A DNA stretch of 62,953 bases, filler included. It is 4 parts of 4 records of this genome, joined end to end, with 100 filler letters (N's around TTAATTAATTAA, not from the genome) between each part and the next. Parts side by side here need not be neighbours in the genome. Positions count along the whole stretch, not along the records: positions 49,462 to 62,953 come from SRR20825019_2646; 3 more parts are not named here. One strand, given 5' to 3'. Positions 57,283 through 62,953 of this stretch are shown here, in pieces (position 1 is the first letter of the stretch; every line of letters begins with the position of its first letter). Under the pieces are notes generated by a model. That model was not told the origin of the DNA. It worked only from the letters and a program-made list of their open reading frames with translations, and made no database searches. Position numbers and translations under genes: made by a program.

Positions 57283-59979
57283 TTATCCCTGAATGGGAAT
57301 AACCTTGCGAATATGTGACTTTTTGGACAGTTGTCCTACTGGGAATGACGTTGACGCTACGAGGCGGCGATTTGTCCTCTGCGTGCGCCTGGAGTCGTGC
57401 CCAGCGGGCATTCGCGAGAAGATAGCCTCCACCTGTTCGCTTGAGGCTGTCTGAATCTCCTTCATGACCACCCAACGCACCCCTTCTGTGCAGGGCCCCG
57501 GGGGCGTGCACAGCGACCCGTCATACATGTAGTAGTTGGGATCATCCGGGAGCCCCTTGACCGGATTGATCGATGTAGCACCGTCCAATAGCTGCTGAAC
57601 CCACTCACTCTTCTCTCCCACCCTGAACAATGTCGACATCATAACTTTTCCAGATGAGTTCTCATGTTCAAAAATAACCTCCAGCGCCGAATCTTCTCCG
57701 TTCACTCGGTGCAGCCCCGGAGAGTGAACCTGTACAGATTTCAATTCAAAAAGGGAGTCCTGCACCTGCAGCGTACTACCAGGAGGAATATTCGAGTAGA
57801 CCAAATGTTCATCCTCCTCCAAAGTAAGCTTGGGGACAATATTATAGAAGGTGACCAAAGCGCGCACACTTGGACTATGCAAAACAGGCATATTGTCAAG
57901 GTTGGCGGTTGTGTCTTCCTCGTCCTGATACGGCTTCCCATTGCTACCCAGAGCCCCCACCGCCTCGGTGTCCTTATCACCAGACTTCTGGGCCTCGTCC
58001 TTCACCTCCTTTCCATACTTTTTCATGAGCGCCTCATAATCGGTGATATCTATAGGTGTCTGGTGCTTTCCCATGGTGCACATAGGGTCGGTGTAAGGAA
58101 CCGCCTTGGATGGTCGCGCATCGTACGTCCAAACGTTCTTGGTGATTTGGCTGTCGCCATATGCATGAGTGAAAACTTTCCTGCGCTTCAATGGTTTCAA
58201 CGGGCGGGCATTATGGAAGAAGAGAGCATCCGTAATATGAGTGAACTGACGAAGGGACATGCTGGCAATGTCTTGATTCTTCAACACGATCCACGTGACA
58301 TGCTCCTGGCATGGAGGTGTGGTCATGGATCCTTCGTACTTGTAGAAGTTCGTTGTCGCCCTATGCTCCCGCGATATCGAGAGCAGCTTGATGAGTGGAA
58401 GTGAAACCGACGAGGTGACCTTAAGCTCAACAGGGTCGGTGGTATTCGTAATAGGGGGAATGGCCTCCACAAGCGGCGCAAACACGGGGTTGTCCGTCTC
58501 CGTGAGATGGATAGGCAGGGCGATATTGAGCTTCCTCCCCCGGGAGGCCTTGTGCTGGATCTGAATCTCCATGTCTGCACGATGCCCATTGACAATATGC
58601 TCGCCGGGCCAGTGGAATGTGACCCGACTTGCGTGGTACTTCACCTTGTTGTACCTTACATAATTGTTCCCCCCGTTATCGACCTTCACGCTTAGTCGGA
58701 AATTCTTCAAATTCAGTTCTCCTCCCATATCACCACGATACTCCACCTCCAGCAGAGACATGTACATATCCCTAATGACAGATGTGGAGGCTATTTCGAC
58801 AGGGGACTGGTTCCCTCCGTCGTTGCATTTCGCGTAAGCGCTATCCAACATTCCCCAGCGTCCTGACCCGCAATCCGGATCGTCATAGCACCAGTCCTTC
58901 CTCCGGCACTCGCGACCCCGCCAGCCATTGATGCAGTTGCACTTGCACTCGTTCTCGTCCAGAATGCCGTGGTTCTGGCACTTCAACGAGCACCCCACCT
59001 CGGCACAGGTTGGACCCTTAAACCCTGGTTCGCATAGACACTTGCATTTGGCTGACTTAGAAGGCTTTCCGTGCAAGCACTTAATCTGGCACTCGTGACA
59101 AGACTCGCCCCCCCATGGGGCCTTGCACGTGCAGCGACAGGGCTCCTTGTCGTTGTAGTTGTGAGTCATTGTCCCTCCGTGTTGGCAGGAGTGGCTGCAT
59201 CGCTTCCCCGAAGTATAGATATCCGGATCCTCCAGAATAGTTTTGCGCTCCCCAATCTCTGTTTTATGCTGTTTCCCCCATTGCTCATGAGACATCCCAG
59301 CCGCGTCATTTCTTTTCTTGTTCTCCATCTGAACTTTGCACCGCGAGTTCTCATCGTCGGTATTGCTATAGCAATACTTCGGTGCGTTCTTCCCCCCAAG
59401 AACCCTGCACCGAGAGTATATTTTCGGGCAGCCATTGTACCCTCCACACAAGAAAAGAGTGCCTGGCCCACAGTCCTGCCTGTCCGGGCAGTCAGTCTTG
59501 CCCTCGCCAAGCGATTCGACAGACTCATGCAAGTCAAAACCCAGCGGTGACTTCATTTTCAGGCTCGACTTCCGTAGTCTGTGCCGAAGTCTGTGCTCTC
59601 CCGATGACTTCTGCTTCTTCGACCCGGCATCCTTACTAGTGACCTCGCTCCGTGAGCGTTTCCTTCTGTGTACCTCACTCAAGGCTCTCTTCTTATCGCC
59701 CACAATTGCACTTGCTTCACCGTCAGCCCCATCGTCATGACGTGACGTAGCATGCTTTTGGCTGCTCTTGGATATGGAATCAAGATCACTGCTGGAGGAG
59801 CCAGTTTTCTCCAGGTTTTCCTTCAGCTTGCACCTTTTCATGGACTTTGGGCAGCCATCCTCACCACCACAAGCAAAACCCGTACCCTTCCCACAGCGTT
59901 TATGAGAATCTGCGTGAGACACGGCCACCAACACTACCAAACATACTAGCAGGAGAGCTATACTCTTCCGGCTTACCAT
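57283..59979 (-). CDS. Secreted protein with Cys modules, EGF repeats and two alpha-carbonic anhydrase-related domains
   Basis: Signal peptide MVSRKSIALLLVCLVVLVAVSHA. Three EGF-like repeats. NQSPVEI, YKYEGSMTTPPCQEHVTWIV, NARPLKPL and YMYDGSLCTPPGPCTEGVRWVV. Confidence 0.88.
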   Translation of the reverse strand: MVSRKSIALLLVCLVVLVAVSHADSHKRCGKGTGFACGGEDGCPKSMKRCKLKENLEKTGSSSSDLDSISKSSQKHATSRHDDGADGEASAIVGDKKRALSEVHRRKRSRSEVTSKDAGSKKQKSSGEHRLRHRLRKSSLKMKSPLGFDLHESVESLGEGKTDCPDRQDCGPGTLFLCGGYNGCPKIYSRCRVLGGKNAPKYCYSNTDDENSRCKVQMENKKRNDAAGMSHEQWGKQHKTEIGERKTILEDPDIYTSGKRCSHSCQHGGTMTHNYNDKEPCRCTCKAPWGGESCHECQIKCLHGKPSKSAKCKCLCEPGFKGPTCAEVGCSLKCQNHGILDENECKCNCINGWRGRECRRKDWCYDDPDCGSGRWGMLDSAYAKCNDGGNQSPVEIASTSVIRDMYMSLLEVEYRGDMGGELNLKNFRLSVKVDNGGNNYVRYNKVKYHASRVTFHWPGEHIVNGHRADMEIQIQHKASRGRKLNIALPIHLTETDNPVFAPLVEAIPPITNTTDPVELKVTSSVSLPLIKLLSISREHRATTNFYKYEGSMTTPPCQEHVTWIVLKNQDIASMSLRQFTHITDALFFHNARPLKPLKRRKVFTHAYGDSQITKNVWTYDARPSKAVPYTDPMCTMGKHQTPIDITDYEALMKKYGKEVKDEAQKSGDKDTEAVGALGSNGKPYQDEEDTTANLDNMPVLHSPSVRALVTFYNIVPKLTLEEDEHLVYSNIPPGSTLQVQDSLFELKSVQVHSPGLHRVNGEDSALEVIFEHENSSGKVMMSTLFRVGEKSEWVQQLLDGATSINPVKGLPDDPNYYMYDGSLCTPPGPCTEGVRWVVMKEIQTASSEQVEAIFSRMPAGHDSRRTQRTNRRLVASTSFPVGQLSKKSHIRKVIPIQG

Positions 59980-60755
59980 ATCTAGTATATTGCGGTGTCA
60001 GTTTAGCATCTCATGAACGCACGGTCCTCGCATTTACACCAGCGGATAGTAAAATACTTGTACCAACACCCGTCAAGGCACAGCCTCCAAGAATTCATTG
60101 CTATTCGGCCAGCCGGCCGCCAACCGGCCGGCGACCAACCTGTTGACCAACTTGCTGCCGGCCACTTTTGCTGTGAGCGCTTGGATCTGTCAGACCGTAC
60201 CCGCCCGCCTCAGTTTGCCCGCCGTCATGAAACGCACGGGGGCTTCGGGCAGGGAGTTGGGGGTGGAGGGCGGGGGGCGACTGACCGGCCCGGGGCCACT
60301 GCGCCCGAACGCTGGCCAGTCTGCAATCCGGCAGCCGGAGAGAAGAGGTTATCAGAAATCTTAGAAAATCTACTCATTGGGCCACCCTCGATTTTTAATT
60401 TTAGTAGAGGATAGCCTACATAATCGGCTCAGATGTTAGGGCTCGTAAATTCAAATTTTGGTTCATCGGCCCGGCGCTCCCAGGCGCCGCGCGGGCCGGC
60501 CGGCTGGCTGGGACCGCGGGCGTCATCCACTGCACTCAGCCCGGATTGTTCAAGCGAGGCGCCTTGTCCGCGGGGCGCCCTGCTGCTGCCAGGCACCGGA
60601 CCCGCCTCACGGCAGGCTGCACCACGCGGCAGGTCGTCCTCGCAGGAGGGTGGTTGCAGCACTACACGACCTGTTAGTCCCCACGCGTGGCACTAGAGTA
60701 TTCTGTCTGCTCAAGATATACGTATCATTTTTACAACAGTGCCGTAGTTGTTAGT

Positions 60756-62953
60756 ATGGTTAACATGACTCAAGAGCTTCCCACTCCGGAGTTCCCCGAT
60801 GTGGAAGAAATGGCCGCAATGGCCCAAAAAACCATCATGGATGCTAACGGTGGTGAGATGCCGCCTCTTGCTAGTGAGGAGGACCAAGCAGCTATGAAGA
60901 AGAGGGCGGATGCCTACATTAACAATGCCCTGAACCAGTTTGACCACAAAGTTCATGAAGCTACCGGAGATGAGTTCGAACTCTTCATGGAGAAAGTTGA
61001 CCTTGCAAACAAAGCAATTAACGACATGAAGGAAGGAGACTTAGAACCGGAGAAGTTTGACGAAATGTATGGCTCCCAGCTGAAACAGGTTGAGAAGAAG
61101 GAGGAGGAGTACAAGGTCAAAAAGAAGGAAGAAAAGGAGCAGATCAAACTTACGGAAGAGGAGATCCGCCAAAAGAACGAAGAGCGGAGGAGGGAGTCTG
61201 GTGTCAAGGTTTGCCTTCTGTGCAACCTAGAGTATACCCCAGAGTCCTTGCAGTGCACCAAGTGCGATGGTCACCTGCGCACCCAGAAGGAGATCGATGA
61301 GAAAAGGAAGGGGAAGGTTGACGACATTGTTGGCGATATCAAGAGGCGGCGTGAGCGCATGGAGCGCTGGGAGCGCTGGAAGAAGTCGCATCCCAGCAAG
61401 TTTGGCCGCCGCGCCAAGGCAACCGACTACCAAAAGTGGGACAGGTGGGAGCCGAGCGATTCTGAGGAGGAACGTCTGCTTCGGGATATCCCCCCCGCGG
61501 ATAGGCCCGAGTTTGCTGCGATGGAAAAGGACGCCGAGGAGCGGCACAAGCGCCGCAAGGAGAAGCAAGCCGTTGCCCTAAAGCACAAGGAGAAGGGCAA
61601 TGGACTGTTCCGGCAGGGAGAGTTCCAGAAGGCTCTTGAGGAGTATGATGAGGCGATTGACCTCGTCAGGGACAACCCGGTTCTGTACACTAACCGCGCC
61701 CAGGCTCTGATTAAGCTAGAGAAGTTCGAGAAGGCTCTTGCTGACTGTGACAAGTGCTTGGACCTATGCGAGTTCTTGGAGTACCCCGACTCTCACGCCT
61801 CCGTTGTAAAGGCGCTGCACCACCGCGCCAACATCAAGAAGTTGCAGGGTGATTGGCGTGATGCCCTGGAAGACTTTGAGAGGGCTTTGGCAGGCGCCCC
61901 TAACAACAAGGACTTGGTCAAGATGGTCAATGCCGCCAAGCTCGAAGTGGATAAACTGGACGAGGAGTACCGTGTAGCAAAGATGGCGCGGGATGCACGG
62001 AAGAAGGAGAGGGCCGAGAAGGAAAAGGAGGAAAAGGAAAAGGAGGCTGCCACAGAGAAGGTTGAGGAGAAGGAGGAGGCCGAAGCACAGAAGGATGGTA
62101 AGGTGACGGTCATGAAGCATGCCTGGGAAGACAAGAAGGATGCATCCAAGAGCGACTTTGACACCATTGACGAACTGTTGAAGGGCCTGGTTGGTGTTAA
62201 GGAGGCTGATATGGGAGAGGAGCACTCCAAGGCCATCTGGGAGTTGGGCATTCTGATGGATACTGATGATAACCGCATTTATGTGAGGCAGAAGAAGGCA
62301 GTCCCTGTGCTGGCTAAATTCATGAAGAAGTGTGCCCAGGTGACCTTGCCGGTGTTGGCGGTGGTCTGCTTCGATGCACATAACAGGAGGGAGTTGTGCC
62401 GCGTGGATGGTGCTCTTGAGAGCCTCCTTGGCCTTATGAGTGACGAAAAGGATGTGACTTGCAGCCATCTTGCGATGACCCTTGGAAAGGTCCTCACGGA
62501 ATCTGATGACTCCCGCGCCGATCTCATCAAGGCCGGCGTGTACCCCATTGTTCTCAAGCAACTTCAGAAGGACAACACTCTCATCCGCATCGCGGCTGTC
62601 GCTGCCTTGGGCAATATGGCACTTGATGCCAAGGTTAAGCGCCTTGCAAAGGAGAGCGGAGTAGAGGTGATCCGGCCCATCCTGGAGCTAATGAAGGATA
62701 AGAGCATTCGTGCGAAGGAGGTTGCTGCGTCGGCTCTTGGGAACCTCTCTGGCGAGCCATCGCTTCGTCGCATTGTGTGTGAGAACGATGGTGTGCTGAC
62801 TCTTCTCGTTGCACTGAGGTCCGCCATCAAGGACACGAAGGAGATCGGTAGCCGCGACCTTTTGGTCAACGCCATGGCGGCCCTGGTTAACTTTGCCCTT
62901 GATGAATCCGTCCCTGAGAAGGTCCATGCATGCAAGGGGGCGCTGGATGATTT
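60756..62953 (+). CDS. TTC12: TTC12-like TPR + ARM repeat protein (runs off the window end)
   Basis: Open frame from ATG 60756, absent from the ORF track because it has no stop in the window. FAAMEKDAEERHKRRKEK...KEKGNGLF...VLYTNRAQALIKLEKFEKALADCD, then ARM repeats (AASALGNLS). Confidence 0.75.
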   Translation, partial: MVNMTQELPTPEFPDVEEMAAMAQKTIMDANGGEMPPLASEEDQAAMKKRADAYINNALNQFDHKVHEATGDEFELFMEKVDLANKAINDMKEGDLEPEKFDEMYGSQLKQVEKKEEEYKVKKKEEKEQIKLTEEEIRQKNEERRRESGVKVCLLCNLEYTPESLQCTKCDGHLRTQKEIDEKRKGKVDDIVGDIKRRRERMERWERWKKSHPSKFGRRAKATDYQKWDRWEPSDSEEERLLRDIPPADRPEFAAMEKDAEERHKRRKEKQAVALKHKEKGNGLFRQGEFQKALEEYDEAIDLVRDNPVLYTNRAQALIKLEKFEKALADCDKCLDLCEFLEYPDSHASVVKALHHRANIKKLQGDWRDALEDFERALAGAPNNKDLVKMVNAAKLEVDKLDEEYRVAKMARDARKKERAEKEKEEKEKEAATEKVEEKEEAEAQKDGKVTVMKHAWEDKKDASKSDFDTIDELLKGLVGVKEADMGEEHSKAIWELGILMDTDDNRIYVRQKKAVPVLAKFMKKCAQVTLPVLAVVCFDAHNRRELCRVDGALESLLGLMSDEKDVTCSHLAMTLGKVLTESDDSRADLIKAGVYPIVLKQLQKDNTLIRIAAVAALGNMALDAKVKRLAKESGVEVIRPILELMKDKSIRAKEVAASALGNLSGEPSLRRIVCENDGVLTLLVALRSAIKDTKEIGSRDLLVNAMAALVNFALDESVPEKVHACKGALDD

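Noticed and set aside
1-62953. CRISPR arrays, tRNA/rRNA genes, transposases
   Set aside because: None seen by eye; covariance-model scans were not run.

Overview
The window is four contigs joined by artificial N-TTAATTAATTAA-N spacers (25748-25847, 36100-36199, 49362-49461). Contigs 1, 3 and 4 are nuclear DNA of a compact eukaryote, probably a flagellated protist: they have short 50-66 nt GT-AG introns and encode exportin-6, Mis12, IC97/CASC1, TTC12, a MOT1-family transporter, a PDP-like PP2C, an F-box/LRR protein and an LtrA-family protein. Contig 2 (25848-36099) is an ordinary alphaproteobacterial (Rhizobiales-like) housekeeping region: metK, rnd, lptCAB, rpoN, hpf, ptsN, ibpA, rpmI, rplT, pheS. 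The most interesting signals are all in the eukaryotic contigs. (i) An intron-containing gene fuses an Rdx/SelW-like CxxC domain and Zn fingers to a bacterial-type CheR methyltransferase. (ii) Two related secreted proteins carry EGF repeats plus tandem alpha-carbonic-anhydrase domains with degenerate zinc ligands, and repeat modules I do not recognise. (iii) All 15 modelled eukaryotic genes alternate strand strictly, in head-to-head pairs. (iv) One gene encodes only the C-terminal half of an ERCC6L2-like SNF2 protein. (v) One gene encodes a ~2870-aa EF-hand/C2/IQ calcium-signalling protein. All calls rest on motif recognition by eye; no searches were run.
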